A stretch of DNA of 64,000 nucleotides from a virus (taxonomy: Duplodnaviria; Caudoviricetes), in IMG/VR virus record IMGVR_UViG_3300044797_000034, positions 247 through 64,246 of that record; one strand, given 5' to 3'. The notes below the pieces were generated by a model. That model made no database searches. It saw only the letters and a program-made list of their open reading frames with translations, and was not told the origin of the DNA. The position numbers and the translations under genes are program-made. Shown piece after piece: positions 20,595-30,159 of this stretch. Numbering within the stretch: position 1 is the stretch's first letter; every line of letters begins with the position of its first letter.

Positions 20595-21437
20595 ATGGCA
20601 CGTAAATCTGAGATGTCAAGCGTAAAACCGAATCACACACAACAAAATCATTCGGGCAATCGACTCATCAATACTTACTTCAAAGAAGTTGCTGCGTTAC
20701 CTATCCCTACTGCCGCCAAAGAAAAAGAACTCTTTACAGCATATGCTGCGGCTCCTGATAGGAACCCTGATGCTTATGGCACAGACGGTCCTATAGCCGG
20801 AAAGATCAAACAGGAGATCGCCCAAGGATATTTACGTTTCGTGATGAAACAGGCTCTTGCTAGAACTAAAGACGAGCACCTACTCTTAGATCTCTTGGCT
20901 GCGGGGAATGAGGGTCTCCTCATAGGAATAAAGAAATTCGACGTAAATCGCGGAACAAGGTTTTTGACTTACGGTGCCTCATGGGTGAAGGTTTTGATAC
21001 AAAACGCTCTACATGCGGCAGGACTTGGTCGACAGCCGATTATACATGAGAGTTTCGAGGAGATTGACACTGATGCTGATCCAGAGCCATTTCCTGATAA
21101 GCCCGCCCGAAGTCAGATGATATACATGTCCGATCACACCCAATTAGCAGTTGTGGATGCCAATATAGAATCGGACATGTCGGTGGCCCACTTCAATATG
21201 TTACGTGAGCTAAAGGAGGCGTGTCTTACACGGAAGGAAACACTTATCTTGATTTATTATTATGGACTTCGTGGCGGGGTACGTCAGACGTTTGGTCAAC
21301 TATCAAAAATTCTTCTTGACCTTGAAGGCGTATACATAAGCTCTGAGCGCGTAAGACAAATCAAAGAGCACGCACTTCGTAACTTACGTAAGGCCTTCAA
21401 GCGCAAGAAGATAAGCAGTGTTACTGACGTCTTCTAA
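20595..21437 (+). CDS. RNA polymerase sigma70-family factor
   Basis: Region 2 DLLAAGNEGLL...KFDVNRGTRFLTYG..W; region 4 ISSERVRQIKEHALRNLR; GAGG upstream of the ATG at 20595. Confidence 0.88.
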   Translation: MARKSEMSSVKPNHTQQNHSGNRLINTYFKEVAALPIPTAAKEKELFTAYAAAPDRNPDAYGTDGPIAGKIKQEIAQGYLRFVMKQALARTKDEHLLLDLLAAGNEGLLIGIKKFDVNRGTRFLTYGASWVKVLIQNALHAAGLGRQPIIHESFEEIDTDADPEPFPDKPARSQMIYMSDHTQLAVVDANIESDMSVAHFNMLRELKEACLTRKETLILIYYYGLRGGVRQTFGQLSKILLDLEGVYISSERVRQIKEHALRNLRKAFKRKKISSVTDVF

Positions 21438-21438
21438 C

Positions 21439-22650
21439 TTACTTGCTGTAGCCGCCCGCCAACTTAATCCCCTTCAACACACCGCGTAATTCAGCTAACT
21501 TAGCAGGTTCGTAGTCCGTATCCTTACGCGCTTCCTTGAACTTGGTAGTCCAAGTTGCGTATGTTTCAGCTACCTTTGACGCAGATAACGGTTTGAATGT
21601 ATACTTAGCAGAGGGTGTTTCCACCTCTTGGTCTGTTTCATCGTCTACTATACCCGCTGAGTGGCGTTTAGCAGTGCTAACCCACTCATTAAGTGTATCT
21701 ATATCAGGAGGAGTCTCTCCCTTGCGTATACATGTATACGTATCTTTAGATAGAATCTTGGCAAGCTCGAACTGTTGCTCAGAATTCTTTAACTTAGCTA
21801 ACGTCTTTACGCGTTCAGCGGAGTTGGGTTCTAAATCACCGTGGAGAATCAACTCTATCACGCGTGAGTCAACCCCTGAGCCTTCATCTATTGCAAACAG
21901 GTAAGCATCGATAATACGTTGAAGTGCTGCAAGATGTACTCTCTTAGCCGTACGCGCTAGTAAGAACTGAATAGAAACGTCCTTAACTTTACGCATATAA
22001 CGCAGTTTATTCTGCGCACTTTCACCGTAGTCTCCGTCTGCCCACTCTTTCACAATCTCGGGTGGAAGAGTAAACAAAGACAGTATCTGACTTATATACG
22101 CTTCTGAAACTGCCAGGCGCTTGGCAATGTCTTTATTGGACATACTGTTATCGACTGACAGTTTTTGAATCATCATAGCGAAATCGTATGACTTGAGATT
22201 CTCACGATGTTGGTTTGCTTGTATAGCAAAAACAAGAAGTTCAGACAGGTCCTTGGGTGGCGGACGTAACATAGCCTTTATATGCGTAGCACCATTGTGC
22301 TTTAAACCGTTATAGCGTCCACGCCCATCGATAATTAGGTACGTACCGTCTTCTAACATACACACGTGAATCGGAGTGTGTTGTTCCTCACTAAGTGAGT
22401 CCAGAAATTCTGGGAGTAATGGACGTGGAGCAAGACGCGAATCAAACGTAGGTAGTACACAATCCTTGAGCTTCAAGGTCATGTACCGACGGGGGTCGTC
22501 TTCACTCAGTTCATACTTTGAAAACTTATACGGCAGGGCGGTGGTTACTTCTGCAGGTGGTAATACCGGAATTGTTCTAGTTTTTGGACTTTTTTCGTTT
22601 TCCATGGGGCTTGTCATCGTGACTTCGCTCGTCGAATGCGCTGTCGTCAT
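21439..22650 (-). CDS. ParB/Srx-like DNA-binding protein
   Basis: PIHV...YLIIDGRGRY, NQHRENL and HTH DIAKRLAVSEAYISQIL; start uncertain. Confidence 0.8.
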   Translation of the reverse strand: MTTAHSTSEVTMTSPMENEKSPKTRTIPVLPPAEVTTALPYKFSKYELSEDDPRRYMTLKLKDCVLPTFDSRLAPRPLLPEFLDSLSEEQHTPIHVCMLEDGTYLIIDGRGRYNGLKHNGATHIKAMLRPPPKDLSELLVFAIQANQHRENLKSYDFAMMIQKLSVDNSMSNKDIAKRLAVSEAYISQILSLFTLPPEIVKEWADGDYGESAQNKLRYMRKVKDVSIQFLLARTAKRVHLAALQRIIDAYLFAIDEGSGVDSRVIELILHGDLEPNSAERVKTLAKLKNSEQQFELAKILSKDTYTCIRKGETPPDIDTLNEWVSTAKRHSAGIVDDETDQEVETPSAKYTFKPLSASKVAETYATWTTKFKEARKDTDYEPAKLAELRGVLKGIKLAGGYSK

Positions 22651-23035
22651 TTTCTTTTCTCTTTTGTTCAGTACGGAGTTCCATTCCGTCAACTGCAAAC
22701 TTGACTGCACTAAAAAATGAGAGAAATTCTTCTTTATCGACTAGATCTAACGGAAGTTCTGCCAGTGGTCTACTTTCAACTAGGTGCCGGTAGGCCCTGT
22801 AAAATTCCTTAGCGATAGCGTCCTCGCTGTGATGAGACGTAAAAAGCATTACAAATAAATGGTTTAACACCTGCTTATGAACTAAAGAATCATGCAGGTG
22901 CAGATCCTCAGATAAACTTGCTGGCGCGATTGTTACTTTTTTGTTGGGGACGGTGTCCGTTTGTGGCGTTGACAAACGTGTGAGCTTTCGTAGCTCCCGT
23001 GAAGTGAGTCTTCGTTTAGTTGGCATACTTTGCAT
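22577..23035 (-). CDS. hypothetical protein
   Basis: 152-aa ORF in the minus-strand block with overlaps at both ends. Confidence 0.45.
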   Translation of the reverse strand: MQSMPTKRRLTSRELRKLTRLSTPQTDTVPNKKVTIAPASLSEDLHLHDSLVHKQVLNHLFVMLFTSHHSEDAIAKEFYRAYRHLVESRPLAELPLDLVDKEEFLSFFSAVKFAVDGMELRTEQKRKENDDSAFDERSHDDKPHGKRKKSKN

Positions 23036-23118
23036 TTTACATCGTCAGACGTATTCTGCAAAGTATTCGCTTGCTTTTCCAAGTGCGCCTCTTCTTCTAC
23101 CACACCGTATTTCAACAT
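22933..23118 (-). CDS. small hypothetical protein
   Basis: 61 aa starting just after the nuclease gene; contains EKQA and CKVC; overlaps the next ORF. Confidence 0.35.
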   Translation of the reverse strand: MLKYGVVEEEAHLEKQANTLQNTSDDVKCKVCQLNEDSLHGSYESSHVCQRHKRTPSPTKK

Positions 23119-23132
23119 GACTGTACTTAATA

Positions 23133-23984
23133 TTAAGTCCGTTTACCGCGACATTTAAACCAATAACCGCAAAACTTCTCTGAGCATCCCCAGCTATCAA
23201 TTGATGTTTTTGGGTATATTTCGTTATGGATCAGCTCAATCGTCTCAGCCATGTGTTCTACTACAGTTAGGTGCGCGTGGCCATCCCTAACAGCAATCTG
23301 CTGTTTGAATACCGGTCCAGCTTTGAGATTTACTATGTTATCTACCCGTACTGTAGGTATTCCTGTTACTTTGGAATACAGGGTAAACTGTGGGTCCTTC
23401 TCTAGATCAGCTTTAGACCATGTCTGCTTACTCAACTTCAGATCAGCTACTACTAACTGCTCTGGAGCTGCTACACCGTTATACGCCGGGCCAGCTACAT
23501 TGTCAATGAGATCTATGTAACCTATGACCGGCGTTCTGTTGATATAAAAAACAAAGGACTTCTCGACTGCAATCGGATTCACCGCCGGCAAGGCACGTTG
23601 ATGATACATTGAGTACGAGCGTATAGCAGTATCTTTTATCTGTCCCGCGGTCTCACCATCATCACCCCACTGCTCTACCGCCTCTTTACCCTTATCAAAC
23701 TCATCAGCTACTAAAGCCATTCCCTCCTCAACAGGGAACGGTTGTTTCTCCATTACACTTCGATGCCCGGCTTCTACGCCACGGTGAACTACCTGGCCTT
23801 TGTACTGCAATCCACCCGGCGGAATCTTCAAATTTTCAACGTAGGAAAACCAGTAAGCCTTAGGGCACTTTTGATAAAGAGAGTATTGTGAATAGCTAAA
23901 AGTACCCTTAGGTAGTTTACCGTCTAAGTCAGATTCTGGTACCAAGCCACTAACACGATCATGTAAGAAATCCTTAGCTGCCAT
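23133..23984 (-). CDS. second PD-(D/E)XK Cas4/RecB-like nuclease
   Basis: FSYSQ...CP, GQVVH, GYIDL, ADLK, QFTLY and CSEKFCGYWFKC; GAGGA RBS before the ATG at 23984. Confidence 0.85.
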   Translation of the reverse strand: MAAKDFLHDRVSGLVPESDLDGKLPKGTFSYSQYSLYQKCPKAYWFSYVENLKIPPGGLQYKGQVVHRGVEAGHRSVMEKQPFPVEEGMALVADEFDKGKEAVEQWGDDGETAGQIKDTAIRSYSMYHQRALPAVNPIAVEKSFVFYINRTPVIGYIDLIDNVAGPAYNGVAAPEQLVVADLKLSKQTWSKADLEKDPQFTLYSKVTGIPTVRVDNIVNLKAGPVFKQQIAVRDGHAHLTVVEHMAETIELIHNEIYPKTSIDSWGCSEKFCGYWFKCRGKRT

Positions 23985-24378
23985 TATTTCCTCGGTATGC
24001 GAAAGCGGTTGCATTGCCGCTGATTTCATCTAAAAAATCAGACGGATCGCCCCTTCCCAGGGACGATAAATCAGATGACATTATTGCTTGTGAGCTCCAA
24101 TCTATTTTGTCTCTGTGTGCGTCTAAAGCCTTATCTAGTGGAAGTGGTCCTGTCTTTGGAGGCGAAATTCCTATCGGCTCGTCTTTTACCACAGAAGTAA
24201 TAGTTTCTTTGACGACAGGTTTAGTTGAGGGCGTTGTACCTGTTACGTGCGCTGTCAAGTGTTTTTTCTTACACGTAATTTCAATTTTGGAATCCGTTTC
24301 TACCTCTAAGTTCAATACATTTTTCAAGTAGCCGTATATCGCCTTCTCAATGTCCGCATGTTCCAGTACGAGTTTCAT
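23974..24378 (-). CDS. hypothetical protein
   Basis: 134-aa ORF between the helicase and nuclease genes. Confidence 0.55.
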   Translation of the reverse strand: MKLVLEHADIEKAIYGYLKNVLNLEVETDSKIEITCKKKHLTAHVTGTTPSTKPVVKETITSVVKDEPIGISPPKTGPLPLDKALDAHRDKIDWSSQAIMSSDLSSLGRGDPSDFLDEISGNATAFAYRGNNGS

Positions 24379-24387
24379 ACGCCTATA

Positions 24388-26469
24388 CTACTTCACTATT
24401 GCCGCTCTAGCAACAGGTCGATCTACAGTGCTTTGATATTTGCACCCAGGTTGAAACGGTCTAACCTCAGCTATGCCACATTTAGTCTTCCACTCACAAG
24501 GGGCACATGCTACTTTTTCACTCAGTGTATAGGCCAGTGTATCTTTGTAGTTGAGTGTTCTAGAAACGAATTCGTCCAGTGTATCTTTACCTAACAACCT
24601 GTAAACAGTTACGTGTCTAGTCTGACCTATACGAACATTTCGGTCAAATGACTGTCGATAAGTAGTTCGATCCCAAGGCAAGGAGTAGTAGATTGTATAG
24701 TTAGCCGCCGTTAAAGTAACTCCTATGCCGGAGGATACTTGACCTAAATAAATACGGCAACCGGGGTTTGTCTGAAACTCTTTTTCAATAGAAGCAATCT
24801 TGTTTGTATTAGAGCCATCTACCCGCACGTATGTCCATTTATTCTCCTTGCATACTGCCTCAAGGTCATCTAGTTCAGGTAGATAGGTAGCCCACACAAT
24901 GAGCTTATTGGAAGAGTCTTCCTCAAGGATATTCTCAGCCAAGTCCTTGAAGACTTCTAGTTTTGGATTTTCTACGTCCCGTAATATTTTTCTCGGTGGA
25001 TAAGTAGGTTGAACCTTGCAATCCTTGGTGTACGGGTTTATCCCGCTATCTACACAACCCTGTAAATATTCGCATCCGTTACAAATGGTTTTATCAGGTT
25101 CGATTATCAAGAATCCGCTAGTGATCTGTAGAAGTTTATTTACCCTAACTGCTCCGTGTGCAATTGAAAGAATTGTGTTATCGGTTGCATTATCCACCAC
25201 AGGTAAGTGCCTAGTAAATGGAGATTCACTAGCGGACATTTCTTCTACTAATTGATTGTAACGCACCTTCTGTTTTGGCTGAAGTGAAAATAGTACATCA
25301 CTTACTACTACGGGAGGCAAGTCTAAACATTCAGATTTTTTCATACGACTTGCTATCAAGTTTACCTTGGCATTTATCTCATGAAGATTTTTCCATCCAA
25401 GTATCAAATACTTGTTGTAAGGATCTTGTTCTGTATGATGTTGTTTGAACTGCCAAAACGGGCGTTTCTCTAGCCATGGATGGAGTATGCGTAAGAGAGA
25501 GTAGTACTTCAACGGATCATTGCCAGCAGTACCCGTTAGAATATACCTACGCGCAGCTTTAGTGGATAATTGAAGACAAGCCTTGGTTACCTCTGAGTCG
25601 TAAGTGCCTAATACGTGTCCTTCGTCGAAAACAACTACATCGTAATCAATTAATGTGAATATATCCGATGGTGGCACCCCGCCTGTTTGAAGAGTTTTCA
25701 TTGTCTTGTCGTACAGGGCAGGATTTGCTTTAGCTAGTGCAGTGAGCTTCCTTTTTAAGGCTTTATCTGACGCGGCACCGCCAACTTTCCAATCCTCTGG
25801 TAATACGTGGTTAACGGCCGACTTGTACTCAGATCGAGCAATACCGTACGTAGTTAGTACTACATCCGCAGCATTCGCCTCCTGTATCCTCTTATCCCTG
25901 TCACCATGTGTGAGATCAATACACGTCAGTTCTCCACCGCCATACTCTAATACCTGCCTCTCCCAGGTTGGGAGTACCACTCTCGGGCACACTACAAGGA
26001 CTCTCTTCACACAGCCTATAGCCTTTAACCAACGCAGGAGTTCGATTATGACACGGGTCTTGCCGGTACCCATTTCCCAGAGAAGTAGCATCCGGTAATA
26101 GGCGTACGCCTTAGCTAGCCCCATTCTCTGATGGGCGAACAATGGTGGTCCATGAAAAATATGATCCTTGGGTAATGGCAGGATTACCTCTTCCTTTGTT
26201 GCGTATTGGGCTTCAGCTTCGGCCCACAATGACCCTGTTATACGGGCGGCACGTATGAAAGCTTCCGCGGAAGCGTCTGTCGGGGTGCTACCTACGGCAG
26301 TTAGGTCTTTTACAACCCAATCAACGAAGGGAAAATAGGCAGGGAAGGCCCACTTACCTTCTTTTTGTAGATAAGTGGCGCCCCAAACCTTGTCCCAAGG
26401 TGCTAACTGGTCGCTGGAAAGGGTCAGAATAGGTGTAGAACCTAGTACAGAACCGTTTAATACTGGCAT
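24388..26469 (-). CDS. SNF2-family helicase
   Basis: EMGTGKT, FDEGH, LTGT, GIGVTLTAA and QSFDRNVRIGQ motifs. Confidence 0.92.
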   Translation of the reverse strand: MPVLNGSVLGSTPILTLSSDQLAPWDKVWGATYLQKEGKWAFPAYFPFVDWVVKDLTAVGSTPTDASAEAFIRAARITGSLWAEAEAQYATKEEVILPLPKDHIFHGPPLFAHQRMGLAKAYAYYRMLLLWEMGTGKTRVIIELLRWLKAIGCVKRVLVVCPRVVLPTWERQVLEYGGGELTCIDLTHGDRDKRIQEANAADVVLTTYGIARSEYKSAVNHVLPEDWKVGGAASDKALKRKLTALAKANPALYDKTMKTLQTGGVPPSDIFTLIDYDVVVFDEGHVLGTYDSEVTKACLQLSTKAARRYILTGTAGNDPLKYYSLLRILHPWLEKRPFWQFKQHHTEQDPYNKYLILGWKNLHEINAKVNLIASRMKKSECLDLPPVVVSDVLFSLQPKQKVRYNQLVEEMSASESPFTRHLPVVDNATDNTILSIAHGAVRVNKLLQITSGFLIIEPDKTICNGCEYLQGCVDSGINPYTKDCKVQPTYPPRKILRDVENPKLEVFKDLAENILEEDSSNKLIVWATYLPELDDLEAVCKENKWTYVRVDGSNTNKIASIEKEFQTNPGCRIYLGQVSSGIGVTLTAANYTIYYSLPWDRTTYRQSFDRNVRIGQTRHVTVYRLLGKDTLDEFVSRTLNYKDTLAYTLSEKVACAPCEWKTKCGIAEVRPFQPGCKYQSTVDRPVARAAIVK

Positions 26470-26499
26470 GTTGTACTTTTTAGGTGATAAACTTGTTGC

Positions 26500-28218
26500 A
26501 TGAGTGGCGATCCTACGTTTTCAGATTTAGCGTTGAACAGCAAAGATGCTGCACACCCCAACCCTCTTTTCGATTTCCTAACTGGCTTCGTGCCACGAAA
26601 ACTAAAGGATTTATTCAAGTGGGCAGAATATCTTGTGTTCAATTCTGCACAGGTATATGCCGTTGTAAAGAAATTTGGAGAATTTCCAATAACTAAGATA
26701 GTTTACGAGTCTGCGGTACCAGGTGTTTTAGCAGTACATAGAAAAATTTTTGAGAAAAATCTAGGAGTCCTTAGCTTTTTGACCAAGGCCTCATTCGATA
26801 AGTTTATTTATGGCAATGGTTTTTACTCCATTTATACACCATTCAAGCGTTTTCTTGAGTGTAAAAGCTGTAAATCACGTAAGGACATTAACTATATAGA
26901 CTATAAATTCAAAGTCAAGAGCCTTGAGTTTACATATACCTGTACGAACTGTAAAAAGCTCACTAAAGGTAGGATGGTTGATCTTAAGTTAAAGGACGCC
27001 AGTAAGCTCAGAATGATTCGCTGGGATCCAAAACTAATTGACATTGAACATAACCCTATTACGGATGAGAGCGTCTACTACTACACAATTCCAAAGTCAA
27101 TGAAAGAGCAGATTGATAAAGGGAACAAAGTCCTGATCAACTCAATGCCAAAGGGATTTTTGGAAGCGGTTAAGGAGAACAAGATTTTCCGTTTTGAAAA
27201 AGATGCCTTGTATCACATGAAGGTGCCCGGTCCGGCAGGGGTAGAAGCGCACTGGGGCTTCCCACCCATTACGTCGTCTATCAAACTGTTCCTATTTGCT
27301 GCGATTCTGCGAAAGGCAAATGAAGCTATCGCCCTGGAGCATATTGTTCCATTCCGCGTGTTATTTCCACAAATGAATAGTCCAAACGGCGACCCACTTA
27401 CGACGATATCTTTGGCTAAATGGAGAACTGAACTCGAACATAATCTAAAACGGTGGCGACGTGACCCGTTGGCTATACAATTTGCCCCTGTACCATTAGG
27501 CGTAACGAATTTAGGCGGCGAGGGGCGTGCGCTGATGGTATCTGCTGAAATCAAGGACGCAGAGAGTAACATTGTCACCGCTATGGGTGTTCCAATGGAA
27601 TTTATTACTGGGGGATTAGGGCAAACTCGTGGTGAAATTTCATTGCGCATGTTGGAAAATCAATTGCGATGCCACACTGAGGATTTGAACAAGTTATTAC
27701 AGTGGATAGAAGATAAAGTTGCTCGTTATATGGGTTTTGAACCTGTGCCAGTACATCTATCTGATTTTAAGATGATAGACGATTCTGAGAAAAAGCAATT
27801 GGTCATGCAACTTTGGGCCCAAGGAAAAGTATCAGATTCGACAATAGCAGAGATGTTTGAGCTTGACTTGGACAAGGAACGTGATTTAATACTTGAGAAC
27901 GCAATTGCTCAAGCTAAGGCTCAGCAAAAGACTGAGGCTGAGATGAAGAAGATACAGGGTTCGTTAGTGCAGCAAGTACAGCAACAAGCTTCTGCAACAG
28001 GGTTGGATTATAACGATCCGCAACAGGTAATTGCTGCCGCGGATCAAAAGGTACAGGAGTTTATGGCGCTGGATCCAAATACAAGGAGATCACAATTAGA
28101 CGGCCTGAAAACTGAAGATATCATCATGTTCAGCGTCGTAAAAGAGCGTATGGAGCAGGCGCAGCAAACACAAGAGGCAGAAGTGAAGCAACAAGTCCGA
28201 CAAGGTCAAGGGCAATAA
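26500..28218 (+). CDS. portal protein
   Basis: 572 aa; FIYGNGF, WGFPPI, IVTAMGVPMEF pattern; Zn-ribbon insertion; Gln-rich C-terminus. Confidence 0.75.
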   Translation: MSGDPTFSDLALNSKDAAHPNPLFDFLTGFVPRKLKDLFKWAEYLVFNSAQVYAVVKKFGEFPITKIVYESAVPGVLAVHRKIFEKNLGVLSFLTKASFDKFIYGNGFYSIYTPFKRFLECKSCKSRKDINYIDYKFKVKSLEFTYTCTNCKKLTKGRMVDLKLKDASKLRMIRWDPKLIDIEHNPITDESVYYYTIPKSMKEQIDKGNKVLINSMPKGFLEAVKENKIFRFEKDALYHMKVPGPAGVEAHWGFPPITSSIKLFLFAAILRKANEAIALEHIVPFRVLFPQMNSPNGDPLTTISLAKWRTELEHNLKRWRRDPLAIQFAPVPLGVTNLGGEGRALMVSAEIKDAESNIVTAMGVPMEFITGGLGQTRGEISLRMLENQLRCHTEDLNKLLQWIEDKVARYMGFEPVPVHLSDFKMIDDSEKKQLVMQLWAQGKVSDSTIAEMFELDLDKERDLILENAIAQAKAQQKTEAEMKKIQGSLVQQVQQQASATGLDYNDPQQVIAAADQKVQEFMALDPNTRRSQLDGLKTEDIIMFSVVKERMEQAQQTQEAEVKQQVRQGQGQ

Positions 28219-28910
28219 TGCAAACACTAGAAGAAAGATTATTACGTAAACGAGAGAATAACAGAAACTACAGGCTTAGGAATAAGGACAAACTTAAAGA
28301 GTCTTATCGCATGTCCAGGGACAAACACATCGCGCAAAAAGCTATATACCGTGAGACACACAGACTGGAGATAAAGGAATCGCAGCGCAAACACTATCTC
28401 AAAAATAGGGATGTTATACTTGAAAAAACCAAGGCAAAGCGTAAGGCTAACCCTGAAAAACTCAGGTTACAAAAAGCGGCCTATACAATCAGAGCACGTG
28501 TTAAAATAAGAAATCATACAATAGCGTTTTATTCTGTACCTGAAAATAAAATAAAACGTCTTGTGAGTAGTGCTCGGCGACGCGCTAAAGATAAGGTATT
28601 ATCTTTTGATGCTTCGATTGAGGAATTTCTAATAGCCAGCGCCCCGACGCACTGTCCTATATGTGAAATCGCTATCGATTATACTTCAGGCAGAGGTACT
28701 GCCTGGGAGAATAAAAAAGATTCCCCTGCTATCGATCGCATTGACTCCTCATTAGGGTATATAGTGGGAAATGTAGCTATTACTTGTCTAGAGTGTAACA
28801 CTATCAAATCTTGTGGTACAATTGAACGACACGAAGCTGTCATTGTCTACATGAAAAAACATCTTAAACGGTCACATCTCACACTAGTACCACAGGTTAA
28901 CAATGGCTAA
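28218..28910 (+). CDS. HNH-like endonuclease family protein
   Basis: Basic repetitive N-terminus; SARRRA...FD...CPIC...SPAIDRID...GY...N...CLECN. Confidence 0.75.
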   Translation: MQTLEERLLRKRENNRNYRLRNKDKLKESYRMSRDKHIAQKAIYRETHRLEIKESQRKHYLKNRDVILEKTKAKRKANPEKLRLQKAAYTIRARVKIRNHTIAFYSVPENKIKRLVSSARRRAKDKVLSFDASIEEFLIASAPTHCPICEIAIDYTSGRGTAWENKKDSPAIDRIDSSLGYIVGNVAITCLECNTIKSCGTIERHEAVIVYMKKHLKRSHLTLVPQVNNG

Positions 28911-29421
28911 AAGACAAATGATCCCTCAAACCGGACCCTCATTCTCAGACGTAGTCGAATCTACATTACCGTCTCCGCCTACTCTAGACAACGTCTTTGG
29001 TTCTAGCTCGGCAGCTCAAATTCCAGGTATAGAGACGGTTCCAGTCGAGTCACCTAAAAATCCGTACGCGGTTCCATATCAGGCTATGGACTATACCTAC
29101 CATCATGAGGTATTTCTAATCCATAAGCCGTGGAATCAGTGTAATCAATGTAAGGACGACCTCAATAGTGGAATTCTAAAACTACCTGAAACTGGTACGC
29201 CTAAGTGTCCGCACACTGACAAAGATGCTTACATAAAGCAGGTAAACTCATTCCTCTCGAAGGGTCATATCAAGCAAACCCTAAAAGAAGACTTACTGAT
29301 AGATGGCAGCGTTGTAGTATCCCTGTCATGGTTAGTTCCACACGTAGATCCTAAAAAATTAGAGGCAATGCGTAAGAATGCCGAGGATCACGGAAGCAAT
29401 AGTTCTGAGGGACGTAATTAA
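28903..29421 (+). CDS. hypothetical protein
   Basis: 172 aa; CNQC and CPH motifs. Confidence 0.55.
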   Translation: MAKRQMIPQTGPSFSDVVESTLPSPPTLDNVFGSSSAAQIPGIETVPVESPKNPYAVPYQAMDYTYHHEVFLIHKPWNQCNQCKDDLNSGILKLPETGTPKCPHTDKDAYIKQVNSFLSKGHIKQTLKEDLLIDGSVVVSLSWLVPHVDPKKLEAMRKNAEDHGSNSSEGRN

Positions 29422-29425
29422 GAAA

Positions 29426-29528
29426 GTAGGCGCAGAATTGTAGCACTGGGCGCTATGCGATGACAGCTTATTAGTAGCTAGGCGGGCACCTCCCTACTAA
29501 CTATCCAGTGCTACAACTCTGCGCCTAC
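29426..29528. repeat. long inverted repeat between convergent genes
   Basis: GTAGGCGCAGAATTGTAGCACTGG / CCAGTGCTACAACTCTGCGCCTAC pair at 23 of 24 positions, with an inner TTAGTAG/CTACTAA stem. Confidence 0.85.
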
Positions 29529-29535
29529 CTCATGA

Positions 29536-30159
29536 CTAGAACCCTAGAAACTCTAGTTCGTCTGTAGATAGATCGAAGTGCGTTTGTTCGTACTTGGTTC
29601 CATCGCCTGAGGCAAAGCGCGTAATTGGTCCGAGATTACGGGCTACCAGCTCCAAACGCTTGACTTGATCTTTCTCTGATTCGATGAAGTCATTCTCCGT
29701 CAACAAGTCGTTGACCGCGCCAGCACCGATTGTACGCTCCTCCATCCGATTTCCACTGCCCACTGGAGCATTAGATGTGGATGAATACGAGTACATGTTA
29801 TTCGCAGCGTGGTTGGCAGCGTTCTTACGCGCTTCGGTTAGAAGCTGAATGAGCGCTCCATCATCGATACTGTACTCTTTACGCAAACGCGCAATACGTG
29901 TTTGCCGCTCCTCAATCTTGGCCTTGATTTTGCCAATCTTAGCGTGTGTCTTATCTATGATTTCATGATACGACTTCTCGTATGAGAACACGAACAGATG
30001 CTGAATGTTTCTTGCTTGCCTGCGAATCTCCAATCGGCGAAATTGCCGTACATGGTAACGGACGTAGAGAGTAGGCGCAACTCTACACGGCGGATTTACT
30101 GCAGATTTACCGACGTCTCTAATGGCCTTTGCGTTCGACCGAGTCCTAGCCGTTACCAT
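29536..30159 (-). CDS. hypothetical coiled-coil protein (true start probably downstream, near 30030-30050)
   Basis: Protein-like from about LEIRRQARN; the N-terminal extension runs through a 15-bp inverted repeat. Confidence 0.6.
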   Translation of the reverse strand: MVTARTRSNAKAIRDVGKSAVNPPCRVAPTLYVRYHVRQFRRLEIRRQARNIQHLFVFSYEKSYHEIIDKTHAKIGKIKAKIEERQTRIARLRKEYSIDDGALIQLLTEARKNAANHAANNMYSYSSTSNAPVGSGNRMEERTIGAGAVNDLLTENDFIESEKDQVKRLELVARNLGPITRFASGDGTKYEQTHFDLSTDELEFLGF

